Of a stretch of 64,000 bases of DNA, positions 7,441-16,223 are shown one piece after another. Source of the stretch: an uncultured bacterium (lineage in GTDB: Bacteria; Patescibacteriota; Saccharimonadia; Saccharimonadales; UBA4665); assembly GCA_965652795.1 (NCBI GenBank), contig CBFGXJ010000005.1, positions 25-64,024 of the forward strand, in the 5' to 3' direction. Made by a program: the position numbers and the translations under genes. Numbering within the stretch: position 1 is the stretch's first letter; each line of letters opens with the position of its first letter. The notes below the pieces were generated by a model, which ran no database searches, was not told the origin of the DNA, and was given only the letters and a program-made list of their open reading frames with translations.

Positions 7441-9924
7441 TTAAACGACGAAGTTGACCAGTTTCTTAGGTACGTAAATGCTCTTTTTGGGTTCCTGGCC
7501 GTCTAGCATGGCCAGGATTTTGGCGTCTTCGCGGGCCGCGGCCAGCACGACTGCTTCATCGGCATCGGCCGGCAAGCTCAGTTGGGCGCGAACCTTGCCG
7601 TTCACCTGCACGACGACGGTCATCATATCCTCTACCAGATACTGCTGGTCGTACGACGGCCAGTCGCTTTGGTGCACCGAGCCTTCGTGGCCCAGCCGCT
7701 GCCACAGCTCTTCGGCTATGTGCGGCGCGAACGGCGCCAGCAACTGGGTGAAAGTCGTCAGTGCTTGGTTCCACTCTGTGGGCGCCTGGCGCATAAGGAT
7801 GCGGCCGCGCAGTTCGTAAAGGTCGTTGGTGTATTCCATCAGGGCCGCGATGGCGGTGTTAAAGCCTAAACGCTCGAGGTCTTCGCTGACGCGCTTGGTA
7901 GCTTTTGCCGTCGCCCGCAGCAGCGGCGCGGCGTCGAAGTCGGCGGGTACGACAGCGTCTTCTTTTTGGTGCTCGTTCAACCACTCGACCAGCTGCCAGA
8001 CCCGCTGCAAGAAACGAAATGCGCCGCCCATGCCTTCGACGCTCCAGTTGGCGGCTTGGTTCCATGGGCCGATGAAGAGTTCCATGATGCGGATGGCATC
8101 AGCACCATAGCCCTGCTCGATCAAGCCGTCCGGCTCGATCGTGTTGCCCTTGGACTTGCTCATTTTGTTGCCGTCCGGCGCCAAGATCATGCCTTGGTTG
8201 CGCAGCGTTTTGAAGGGTTCGTTGAAGTCGACCAGGCCGGCGTCTTGCATCACCTTCGTCCACATGCGGGCGTACAGCAGGTGCATAACGGCGTGTTCGG
8301 CACCGCCGATATAGTCGTCTACCGGCAGCCATTGCTTGACTTTTTCGGCGTCAAAGGGCTTTTGGCTGTTGTGCGGATCGGCAAAGCGCAGGAAATACCA
8401 GCTGGAGCAAGCGAAGCCGTCCATAGTGTCGGTTTCGCGCTGGGCCGGGCCCTGGCAGCTCGGGCAAGTGGTATTGACCCATTCTTCAACGCGCGCCAGC
8501 GGGCTGCGGCCGTCGCCGGCGGGCTCGAAGCTGGTCATTTCCGGCAGGACGACGGGCAGCTGGTCTTCGGGCACAGGTACAATGCCGCACTGCTCGCAAT
8601 GTATCATCGGGATGGGCGCGCCCCAGTAGCGCTGGCGGGAGATTAGCCAGTCACGGATTTTGTAGCTTACATGAGAGGTTGCCAGCTGTTGTTCTTCAAG
8701 ATAATCAACGATGTTCTGACGCAGATCACCAGCGCGCTGCCCGGCAAATAATTCCGGCTCGGTTAAAACGCCGTTTCGCATATCGGTGAAGCAGATCTCC
8801 TGGTTGCGGACTTTTTCCGCCTCGGCCGGGTCAGTTGGGAAGAGCACCGTTTTCAGCTTGATGCCATATTTCTTGGCAAATCTAAAGTCACGTTCGTCAT
8901 GGGCCGAACATTTAACGATACCCGTACCGTAATGTGATAAGGCATAGCTAGCCACCCAAATCGGCAAATCCCCATTGCCAACCGGGTCTTCAATATACCT
9001 TCCGGTAAAGATGCCTTCGACATGCTCTTCGTCGGCATAGCCCTGGCTATCACGCTTTATAACCATGTCACGGGCAAATTGCAACACCTTTTCTTCATCA
9101 GGCGTGCCCTGTACTAACTCCTTTAAGAATGGGTGGTCAGGCGCAATGACAACAAAGGTGTCGGCCCGGAACGCTTCAAAATGCGCCGAAAAGGTCTGGA
9201 TTTGCAAATCGGTGTCTTTTACGGGAGCCGTAAAGACCATGCCGGTCGAGCGGCCGATCCAGTTGCGCTGCATGTGCTTGATGCTGTCGGTCCAGTTGAC
9301 TTCGTCGAGATCTTGGGCCAGGCGGTCGGCGTAGTCGGTAATCCTAAAGAACCACTGCGGCAGCGCCTTCTTCTCCACCACGTTGTCGCAGCGCCAGCAG
9401 CGGCCGTTCTCGACTTGTTCATTTGCCAGCACGGTTTTATCGACCGGGCACCACCACTGCAGGCTATCCTTGCGGTACGCCAGACCGCGCTGGTGCAGCA
9501 GCAGGAAGAACCACTGGGTCCACTTGTAATACTCGGGGTCAGACGAGTTAATCTCGCGCGACCAATCGTAGCTGAAGCCCATTTGGGTCAGCTGGCGCTT
9601 GAATTTGGCCGTGTTGGTGGCGATGGTTTCCTGCGGCGTGGTGTTGTTCTTGATGGCATAATTTTCGGCCGGCAGGCCGAAGGCGTCCCAGCCCATTGGG
9701 TGAAGCACGTTGAAGCCCTGCATGCGGTAGTACCGGCTGATGACGTCACCGATGGTATAGTTGCGCACATGGCCAACGTGCATGGCGGCGCCGCTCGGGT
9801 ACGGGAAGTACTCTAAGATGTACTTTTTCGGTTTGTTTGAGGCGTCGGAGGCTTCATACATTTTGCTGTCAGCCCAGACCTGCTGCCACTTCGGCTCGAT
9901 TTCTTTGGGGTTGTATCGTGTCAT
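7441..9924 (-). CDS. leuS: leucine--tRNA ligase
   Basis: 827 aa with class-I motifs HVGHVRNY (HIGH) and KMSKSKGN (KMSKS) and the CP1 editing region. Confidence 0.97.
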   Translation of the reverse strand: MTRYNPKEIEPKWQQVWADSKMYEASDASNKPKKYILEYFPYPSGAAMHVGHVRNYTIGDVISRYYRMQGFNVLHPMGWDAFGLPAENYAIKNNTTPQETIATNTAKFKRQLTQMGFSYDWSREINSSDPEYYKWTQWFFLLLHQRGLAYRKDSLQWWCPVDKTVLANEQVENGRCWRCDNVVEKKALPQWFFRITDYADRLAQDLDEVNWTDSIKHMQRNWIGRSTGMVFTAPVKDTDLQIQTFSAHFEAFRADTFVVIAPDHPFLKELVQGTPDEEKVLQFARDMVIKRDSQGYADEEHVEGIFTGRYIEDPVGNGDLPIWVASYALSHYGTGIVKCSAHDERDFRFAKKYGIKLKTVLFPTDPAEAEKVRNQEICFTDMRNGVLTEPELFAGQRAGDLRQNIVDYLEEQQLATSHVSYKIRDWLISRQRYWGAPIPMIHCEQCGIVPVPEDQLPVVLPEMTSFEPAGDGRSPLARVEEWVNTTCPSCQGPAQRETDTMDGFACSSWYFLRFADPHNSQKPFDAEKVKQWLPVDDYIGGAEHAVMHLLYARMWTKVMQDAGLVDFNEPFKTLRNQGMILAPDGNKMSKSKGNTIEPDGLIEQGYGADAIRIMELFIGPWNQAANWSVEGMGGAFRFLQRVWQLVEWLNEHQKEDAVVPADFDAAPLLRATAKATKRVSEDLERLGFNTAIAALMEYTNDLYELRGRILMRQAPTEWNQALTTFTQLLAPFAPHIAEELWQRLGHEGSVHQSDWPSYDQQYLVEDMMTVVVQVNGKVRAQLSLPADADEAVVLAAAREDAKILAMLDGQEPKKSIYVPKKLVNFVV

Positions 9925-10056
9925 ATGCTAATGCCCTTACTTTACATAAAGAATAAATGATCTTGGAACGTGAGTACAATCGGTAATAAAAATCTAGCGC
10001 CCGTACGGGGCGAGGAGGAGGGTGAGCGTGCCGGTGGTGCTGCGCATAATGGGTGC

Positions 10057-10065
10057 ATTATACCA
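10057..10065 (-). promoter_or_regulatory. extended -10 promoter (TGGTATAAT) upstream of leuS
   Basis: Reverse complement of attatacca. It lies between the deacetylase stop and a GC hairpin plus T-run (9998..10012) in the roughly 125-nt leuS leader. Confidence 0.5.
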
Positions 10066-10108
10066 TTCTGAGAAGCGAAACACCAGATCCGCGCCGGAAA
10101 AGCCAACC

Positions 10109-10879
10109 TTAGCGGCCGTAAAACTCACCCCGATGACCGGTTTGGTCGCCGAAGAGCTGACTCATGGTGACCAGCTTGTACTGTCCGCTCAGGTCTTGAA
10201 TAATTATCGGCAGCGCCTCGACCGTCGGGCCATGCATGTCATGCAGGTCGACGATCCGGCCCCGGCCGGCATGGGCGTTTATGTGATCCTTGATGAGGTG
10301 GTGGTTTTTCTTGCCCCAATCCTCGGGATCGACATTCCACAACGCCAGCGCCAAGGGTACATGGGCACGCACCTGCGCATTGACCGCACCGTACGGCGGC
10401 CGGAACCAGCGCGGCGCCGGCACGCCGGCCGCTATGATAGCCGCTTGCGTCCGGCTTACTTGGTCGCGGATCTCACCGGCGCTAAGCCGCGTCAGGTTGG
10501 CATGATCCCAGCTATGGTTGCCGATCTCGTGGCCCTCCTGATGGATCCGGCGAACGATATCCGGATGAGCGGCAGCCCGGGTGCCGACCAAGAAGAACGT
10601 GGCGTGCGTCTTATGCTGCGCTAGAATATCCAGCACTTTGGGTGTATAGCGCGGATCAGGCCCGTCGTCGAAGGTCAAAGCCATACAGGCCGCCTCGGCA
10701 CAATCAACAAAGGCGGCAGCCGAAACCACCGCCGGCGTGTTTTGTACGGGCGACGCCGCCCGCTTAGGCTTCTGTGTGGCCGGATCAGGGGGCACCCCGC
10801 CCGGCATGACGGTCAGTCCCACCACCAGCAACAGCAAACATACGGCGGTTGCTACGTGAGAAGGACGAAACCACTTCAT
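10109..10879 (-). CDS. polysaccharide deacetylase (NodB homology domain), membrane-anchored
   Basis: LTFDDGP, HEIGNHSWDH and LHD motifs. N-terminal TM helix. Confidence 0.92.
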   Translation of the reverse strand: MKWFRPSHVATAVCLLLLVVGLTVMPGGVPPDPATQKPKRAASPVQNTPAVVSAAAFVDCAEAACMALTFDDGPDPRYTPKVLDILAQHKTHATFFLVGTRAAAHPDIVRRIHQEGHEIGNHSWDHANLTRLSAGEIRDQVSRTQAAIIAAGVPAPRWFRPPYGAVNAQVRAHVPLALALWNVDPEDWGKKNHHLIKDHINAHAGRGRIVDLHDMHGPTVEALPIIIQDLSGQYKLVTMSQLFGDQTGHRGEFYGR

Positions 10880-10885
10880 CGTTCC

Positions 10886-11401
10886 TTAGAATAGCATGGG
10901 TACAACGAATATGGCGAGTGCAGCCACGATCAGCACCGCCAGACCGATGAGTACGAACGTTGCGGAACTGGGATGATGCACACCCGGCTCGCCGGGCACT
11001 ACACCATGACCCTCAGCCGGCGTCGGCCCGGCAGATGAAGGCGCTGCATCCGTTCCACCAGTAGGACCAGTCGGAGGCATACCGCCCGTCAAAGGGTCGG
11101 AAGCGTCGGAGGGCGTACCACTTTGCGGCGCGTCAGGCGTGATCACACCGGGCTGCGGGGGTACGCCGATATCACCAGGCGCGCCAGGAGTTTGCCCTGG
11201 TGTGAGGTCGCTGGCAATGTTCGGGGCGTCCGGCCCGCCCACGGTAGACTCCGCAGGCGCCGGCGGCGTCGTAGGCGGCACCGATGCGCCATCCGTAGGC
11301 ATTCCTGTAGGGTTACCGGCAGTTGCTTGCTGTTCATCGTTCCAGTTGGCCGCCGCGGGGTCGTTAGTTTGGCCGGCCTGCGCGTTCTTCTGTGGGTCCA
11401 T
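10886..11401 (-). CDS. Pro/Gly/Thr-rich tail-anchored envelope protein
   Basis: About 140 aa of low-complexity sequence followed by a single C-terminal TM helix (FVLIGLAVLIVAALAIFVVPMLF). TATAAT box at 11445..11450 (minus strand). Confidence 0.6.
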   Translation of the reverse strand: MDPQKNAQAGQTNDPAAANWNDEQQATAGNPTGMPTDGASVPPTTPPAPAESTVGGPDAPNIASDLTPGQTPGAPGDIGVPPQPGVITPDAPQSGTPSDASDPLTGGMPPTGPTGGTDAAPSSAGPTPAEGHGVVPGEPGVHHPSSATFVLIGLAVLIVAALAIFVVPMLF

Positions 11402-11521
11402 ATCTTTATCCTGCTTAAAAGGAGCTTAGTAAAACCTACTCATGATTATACAGAAGCGGGATGATTTGCCAACCTGCTCACGTGCCCGGCCGGCCACATT
11501 ACACCTAACGGGGACCGGGGC

Positions 11522-12421
11522 TTACTGGAAAACCGACTGGAACCGTCCGCTTAAGTCGTCGATCGGTATGTGCTTCGAGGGCACTTCGGCCTCCATCGGC
11601 ACGCCGTAGGCGCTATAGGTTTGCGTGTAGTTGCTGGATGGGTACGTTACGGCAATCAGCTGGCGGGCACGGACATCGATCGTCATAGTCATCTTTACCG
11701 TGGCCAGCTCGCGGTAATCAGCCGGGTCGACTTGCTCAAGCGCGCTAATGCCGATGTTGCGGGCGAACAGCTTCATAACCTGAACGTATACGAACGGGGC
11801 CGATTCGACGTCGTACGTGTAGAGCAAACGCCCGTTTTTATGCTCTTTTTTGACATTGGCAAAATCTATGCGGTACAGTGAGCGCTCGCGGATCTGCTTG
11901 AGCAGTTCGCGGCGTTGTTCAGGCGTTACCTCGCCCATTGGCACTGGAATACTGCCGAGCGACAAGCCCAAGCCCAGCGATGCCTGACCGAAGAGCTGCG
12001 GATTGCTCTTCGCCCATAACCCCTCCAGCTTATCGGCTTCAGCCTGCTTGGCGGCAGCCGCACCGCCGAGGGTTATGCTGAGGTAACGTGTGTAGTCGGC
12101 CTCAGGCGTTGCCACGACTTCGCTGGTAATCTTGGTACCCTGTTGGTCGATTTGTACCAGCGCCCGGGCGGCGTTGGTCGAGCCCAGACTGAGCGCCAGC
12201 GTCTGCTTGATGCTATTACCGGCTCCGCCCTGCGACGCCTGCATCGTCACGCTGCTGGTTGCCAGCCCCTGGCGGATCGTTTGCCAAAAGGTGCGCTCAG
12301 GGTTCGTTTGCACCCGGGCAAAGAAGAGCCACACTCCGATCAAGGCGATGATCGCACCGCTTATAAATGCCATTCGTATCCAGTTCGCGCGCCAGAAGCT
12401 TAGGAGTGGGTCGTCTTTCAT
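11522..12421 (-). CDS. membrane-anchored extracytoplasmic hypothetical protein (299 aa)
   Basis: N-terminal TM helix (MAFISGAIIALIGVWLFFA). No recognisable domain. Confidence 0.65.
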   Translation of the reverse strand: MKDDPLLSFWRANWIRMAFISGAIIALIGVWLFFARVQTNPERTFWQTIRQGLATSSVTMQASQGGAGNSIKQTLALSLGSTNAARALVQIDQQGTKITSEVVATPEADYTRYLSITLGGAAAAKQAEADKLEGLWAKSNPQLFGQASLGLGLSLGSIPVPMGEVTPEQRRELLKQIRERSLYRIDFANVKKEHKNGRLLYTYDVESAPFVYVQVMKLFARNIGISALEQVDPADYRELATVKMTMTIDVRARQLIAVTYPSSNYTQTYSAYGVPMEAEVPSKHIPIDDLSGRFQSVFQ

Positions 12422-12437
12422 GTCTCTATTGTAACAG

Positions 12438-13175
12438 CTATTTGGTTTGGCGGCGCAGGGTTAATGCGCCCAGCAGCACCGCGGCCACGGCAAACCCCAG
12501 GACAATCGCAATATTTATGAAGGCCTGACTGGGGAGACTGACGTAGCGGGTCACCAGCTGCATCGACTCGACAGCATACGTCAGTGGTAAGATATTGGCG
12601 ATTCCTTCCAGGATGGCTGGCATGTCTTCAACCGGCATAAAGAGGCCGCATAATAGCAGCTGAGGCAAAAACAGTGCCGGCAAAAATTGCATCGCCTGGA
12701 ACTCCGTCCGCGCGAAGGCGCTCACGAACAACCCCAGCGCCGTCCCCAAAATAGCATCGGCCACTGCCACTACCACCAGGAACCACTGCGGGCCGTCCAC
12801 ATCCAGACCAAGACCGTACAGTGCCAGCGAGCTCACGAGAATTGCCTGCAGCGCAGCCAGCAACCCGAAGGTCACGGCGTATCCCATTAAGATGTCGGGT
12901 CGGGCCGTCGGCATCGCCAAAAGCCGCTCCAGCGTACCGGCCGACCGCTCGCGAAGCATAGTGATTGACGTTACCAAAAACATTACAACGAATGGAAAAA
13001 TGCCGAGCAGCGGCGCGCCGGCCAGGTTGAACATCGGACTATTACTGCCGAACATCCACGACAGCAACGACATCAGTACGCAGGGCACGATGAAGATAAG
13101 GCCGAGTGTGCGCTTGTCGTGCGAGAGCTGCTTTAGTACGCGCAGCGCCGTTGCCCAAACGATCCTAGGATGCAT
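12438..13175 (-). CDS. ABC-2 type transporter permease
   Basis: 245 aa with six hydrophobic segments. 11-nt overlap with the upstream ATPase gene. Confidence 0.88.
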   Translation of the reverse strand: MHPRIVWATALRVLKQLSHDKRTLGLIFIVPCVLMSLLSWMFGSNSPMFNLAGAPLLGIFPFVVMFLVTSITMLRERSAGTLERLLAMPTARPDILMGYAVTFGLLAALQAILVSSLALYGLGLDVDGPQWFLVVVAVADAILGTALGLFVSAFARTEFQAMQFLPALFLPQLLLCGLFMPVEDMPAILEGIANILPLTYAVESMQLVTRYVSLPSQAFINIAIVLGFAVAAVLLGALTLRRQTK

Positions 13176-13923
13176 GCGAGTCTCCCTCCTGTACGGCGCT
13201 GGCCGGGAAGTCCGCTGGCGCCTCGATCAACCTGATGAACGCCTCATTTATGTCGCTGGCGCCGGTGCCGGCCAGGATATCGTCCCGGCTGCCGTGGCGC
13301 AGGATTTTGCCCTCGCGCATCAGCAAAAGGCGCGGGCACTGCTCAGCCTCGTCCATAACATGACTGGATATCAACAGCGTTTTGCCTTGGTCGCTCAAAC
13401 GCGCAAATAAATCCCACAAGCGGCGACGCAGCAAGGGGTCCAAGCCAACAGTCGGCTCATCGAGGATCAACAGCTCGGCATCGCCGAGCAGGGCCACGCC
13501 CAGGCTTACCCGCGCCCGTTGCCCGCCGGAAAGCGCGCCCACCAGGCGGTCGCCCATCAGACCGAGATCGACGATATCGAGTACGTCATTTACCCGCGCC
13601 GTCGATTGCCCCAGCACAGCGGCGAAATAGTGCAGGTTCTCACGCACGGTTAGGTCGTCGTATACTGCCGGCGTCTGCGACACATAGCCGATGCGGCTGC
13701 GCAACGAAGCATCTCCGGCCGGCTGATCGAGGACGGTAAGCGTACCCCCGGTAATGACCTGGGTACCTACGATCGCTCGCATCAGAGTGGTCTTGCCGGA
13801 ACCGCTCGGACCGATCAGCCCGGTAATATTGCCCTTCTTGATTGTAAAGCTCAGCCTGTCCAAGACTGTTTGTCCGTCGCGGATAATGGTAAGCTGCTCG
13901 GCGGCAATGGCGGTATTGTGCAT
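13165..13923 (-). CDS. ABC transporter ATP-binding protein (DrrA-like)
   Basis: Walker A GPSGSGKTT, signature LSGGQRARV and Walker B LLILDEPT. Confidence 0.93.
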   Translation of the reverse strand: MHNTAIAAEQLTIIRDGQTVLDRLSFTIKKGNITGLIGPSGSGKTTLMRAIVGTQVITGGTLTVLDQPAGDASLRSRIGYVSQTPAVYDDLTVRENLHYFAAVLGQSTARVNDVLDIVDLGLMGDRLVGALSGGQRARVSLGVALLGDAELLILDEPTVGLDPLLRRRLWDLFARLSDQGKTLLISSHVMDEAEQCPRLLLMREGKILRHGSRDDILAGTGASDINEAFIRLIEAPADFPASAVQEGDSHAS

Positions 13924-14046
13924 ATGGTTAGCATTATCCGCGCTCGCCTCTATGTTCGCAAGCGCTTTATGCTGAGGGCTCCGAAAAATTCGGACATTTT
14001 ATTACTAATCATTGTTTTTGTGTTTTAGCTCAAGTCATTGCCGGGA

Positions 14047-14060
14047 AGCTACAGGGACTC
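14047..14060 (-). repeat. partial duplicate of the tRNA-Ala 3' region (T-loop/T-stem/acceptor)
   Basis: agctacagggactc is identical to 14166..14179 inside tRNA-Ala, in the same orientation, about 100 bp beyond the tRNA 3' end. Confidence 0.55.
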
Positions 14061-14119
14061 CATCTGGTCGAAGTAAACAGCCAGTGGCTGTTTGCACACT
14101 ATTCGTCTCATCCCCTTCT

Positions 14120-14165
14120 CCACCAAAGAAAATACCGGATCAATGTCCGGTATTTTCTTTGGTGG
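14120..14165. terminator. 20-bp perfect hairpin abutting and overlapping the tRNA-Ala 3' end
   Basis: ccaccaaagaaaataccgga-tcaatg-tccggtattttctttggtgg. The right arm includes the encoded CCACCA end of the tRNA. Confidence 0.75.
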
Positions 14166-14236
14166 AGCTACAGGGACTCGAACCCTGGACCTCTTCCATG
14201 CCATGGAAGCGCTCTAGCCAACTGAGCTACAGCCCC
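14160..14236 (-). tRNA. tRNA-Ala (anticodon GGC), CCA encoded
   Basis: GGGGCTGTAGCTCAGTTGGCTAGAGCGCTTCCATGGCATGGAAGAGGTCCAGGGTTCGAGTCCCTGTAGCTCCACCA folds as a cloverleaf. The G3:U70 Ala identity pair is present and the anticodon loop is AUGGCAU. Confidence 0.93.
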
Positions 14237-14263
14237 GCTCTTTTAGGCCTGTTACAATAAGCA

Positions 14264-14272
14264 ATTCTACCA
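14264..14272 (-). promoter_or_regulatory. extended -10 promoter (TGGTAGAAT) of tRNA-Ala
   Basis: Reverse complement of attctacca, 28 nt upstream of the mature tRNA 5' end. Confidence 0.5.
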
Positions 14273-14405
14273 GATACGGCGCAAAAAGAAAAGTGTCGGC
14301 AGCCCGCGCGGCGCATAGACACGTCTTTTGGGCAGTTTATATCTGCGAAACGGTTTACACGTAGCCCTCTTAGCCTCGAAGCGTCCTGAAGTGACTCTCA
14401 AAAAA

Positions 14406-14414
14406 TGGTATAGT
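14406..14414 (+). promoter_or_regulatory. extended -10 promoter (TGGTATAGT), leaderless geometry
   Basis: The hexamer ends 8 nt before the ATG at 14423. Confidence 0.5.
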
Positions 14415-14422
14415 AATCTTAT

Positions 14423-14701
14423 ATGAATACCTCGCCGATCCCCCGTTGCCGCGCCTGCCCCAGCCCCTTTGCGGGGCGGACATTTGAGCTGCCGTGCGGC
14501 ACTGAGGCCATGCCGCGGATTGACGAGGAATGCCCCGGCCCGGTAACCGTACCGCTTGCTTCAATCGTGGAGCGGGTATCCGGCTACAACGAATTCCCAG
14601 TCAGCGACGCTTACCCCGAAACATGGGCGTCCTGCCCGAAAGACCGCCCAGTCCTGCCGCCTACGTTACTGTTTGTCGAGCAGCCGCACAATCGCGCGTA
14701 G
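14423..14701 (+). CDS. small Cys-containing hypothetical protein (92 aa)
   Basis: High third-position GC (about 75% by hand count, like known genes here). Own promoter. CRAC...C...C spacing. The 3' end overlaps the convergent gene 14666..15130 by 36 nt. Confidence 0.45.
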   Translation: MNTSPIPRCRACPSPFAGRTFELPCGTEAMPRIDEECPGPVTVPLASIVERVSGYNEFPVSDAYPETWASCPKDRPVLPPTLLFVEQPHNRA

Positions 14702-15130
14702 GCCTTGGTCGTTCTCGGGAATATCCAGCGTGCAGAGCGTAAACTGCTTGCCCGGGTGCTTCAGCGGGAACGACAACACCAGGTCGACGCCGTCGGCGAA
14801 CGAGGGGCACTGCGGCTCAGGGTTCGGCCCGTACGCAGTAAAATCGGTCCGCTGGATGATGTCTTTCAATTGAGCAATATCGCCGGCCGAAAAATTCTCG
14901 TGCCGCTCAAACCGGCCGTCACCGAACACGCGGTAGCTCGCCTCGCACGGTTTGCCCGGTTGGCACAGGCCGCCGCGCTGGGTTAGTACCATCACGACGT
15001 CACTGGGGCGCGGCTCCGGCGCCGGCCGTGTCATCATATATATAATGACGCCCGTAATAGCCGCCAGCACCACAAGTGTGACGATCGCAAACTTGCGGGT
15101 ACGCACCGGCAGCATCCACTCCGTAAGCAT
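14666..15130 (-). CDS. membrane-anchored hypothetical protein (154 aa, 4 Cys) downstream of corA
   Basis: N-terminal TM helix (FAIVTLVVLAAITGVIIYMM). The start lies 1 nt after the corA stop. Confidence 0.65.
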   Translation of the reverse strand: MLTEWMLPVRTRKFAIVTLVVLAAITGVIIYMMTRPAPEPRPSDVVMVLTQRGGLCQPGKPCEASYRVFGDGRFERHENFSAGDIAQLKDIIQRTDFTAYGPNPEPQCPSFADGVDLVLSFPLKHPGKQFTLCTLDIPENDQGLRAIVRLLDKQ

Positions 15131-15131
15131 A

Positions 15132-16061
15132 CTAGAAAATCCGCTTGTTACGAGCTATCACGAACACGAAGGCCAATAGCAGCAAGCTGATACCCAGGAC
15201 AAGGGGGTACGCAAAAGCGGCGTGCTGGAATGGCAGCTTGATATTCATGCCGTACATGCTATAAACGACGTTCGGCAAGGTAATAAGCACCGTTGCAGCC
15301 GTCAGCAACTTCATGGTGCGGTTCAGGTTGTTGGAGCTGATCGAGCTATACGCCTCGCGGATGTTGACGATGCTTTTGATATTGGAGTTACAGGCTTCGA
15401 TCGACTGCTCGTTGTTCAGCAGCAAATCCTCGATGATATCCTGGTCTTCCTCAAACAACGGGATGTAGCGACCGCGTAACAATCGCCGCAAGGTAGCGTT
15501 GGTCGGTTGCAGCGACGCCAGGAACTCGTTCAGCTCGTCTTCGATCACCACGAAGTCGATGAAGTCCTGGTTGGATATCTCATGGCCGCGCAGGCGCGAG
15601 CGGATGAGTTTGATCTGCTTGGAGGTGCCGTTAATGTAGGCGTCGTACTGCTCGACGATCTGATGTAGAATTTGCAACACAAGCTTGGCACGCTGGGTGG
15701 TGGCAAACTCTACTTTGCCCTGCACAAACTTGTCGATACACGGCACGCGCACCAGCGAAATGGTCATCATGATGTCACTACTGAATATAAACAGCAGCGG
15801 CACGGTCGCCAGCTCGCCGTCTACGCCTTTGTACGCGTAACGGACAAAGATGTAACTTTGGTCGCCTTCTTTCTCGAGGCGGGGCATCTCATCTTCGTCC
15901 AGACCGTCCTCGATGTGGCCCGGCGTGAGGTCGAACCGCTCTACCAGGTAATCGACTTCTTCTGGCGTGGGCGCCTCTACGTACACCCAGGCGCCACGCT
16001 TGTAGTCATCAAGCTCCTGCACCGACTGGCTGCGCAGGCTTTTGTAATAATACTTGATCAT
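15132..16061 (-). CDS. corA: magnesium/cobalt transporter CorA
   Basis: YGMNIKLPF (GMN motif) between two C-terminal TM helices. 309 aa. Confidence 0.92.
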   Translation of the reverse strand: MIKYYYKSLRSQSVQELDDYKRGAWVYVEAPTPEEVDYLVERFDLTPGHIEDGLDEDEMPRLEKEGDQSYIFVRYAYKGVDGELATVPLLFIFSSDIMMTISLVRVPCIDKFVQGKVEFATTQRAKLVLQILHQIVEQYDAYINGTSKQIKLIRSRLRGHEISNQDFIDFVVIEDELNEFLASLQPTNATLRRLLRGRYIPLFEEDQDIIEDLLLNNEQSIEACNSNIKSIVNIREAYSSISSNNLNRTMKLLTAATVLITLPNVVYSMYGMNIKLPFQHAAFAYPLVLGISLLLLAFVFVIARNKRIF

Positions 16062-16094
16062 GCCGTCACCCTACCTAAACCGTGTTAGTGTTGC

Positions 16095-16223
16095 CTTTTA
16101 GACATATTGTACTAAAAGAACCGCTGCTTTGGCAAAACAGGCGGTTCTCTATCGTGCGCGCCCACCCGCGGCGGGCGATGAAACAAGTCGGTTTGTTTGT
16201 CGTTTTTGTTTCACGCGCCCACC
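16095..16223 (-). promoter_or_regulatory. structured corA 5' leader with terminator-like hairpin (candidate attenuator)
   Basis: On the minus strand: GGUGGGCGCG direct repeat x2 (16157..16166 and 16214..16223) flanking an 8-bp hairpin (16179..16213). Then AGAACCGC-N16-GCGGUUCU (16117..16148) followed by UUUU, whose U-tract can alternatively pair in an AU hairpin (16095..16118). Confidence 0.45.

Noticed and set aside
14012-14260. ORFs overlapping tRNA genes: 14012..14260, 29374..29577, 33032..33247, 33102..33374 and 40468..40671.
   Set aside because: They run through canonical cloverleaf tRNAs and their terminator hairpins. No translation signals.
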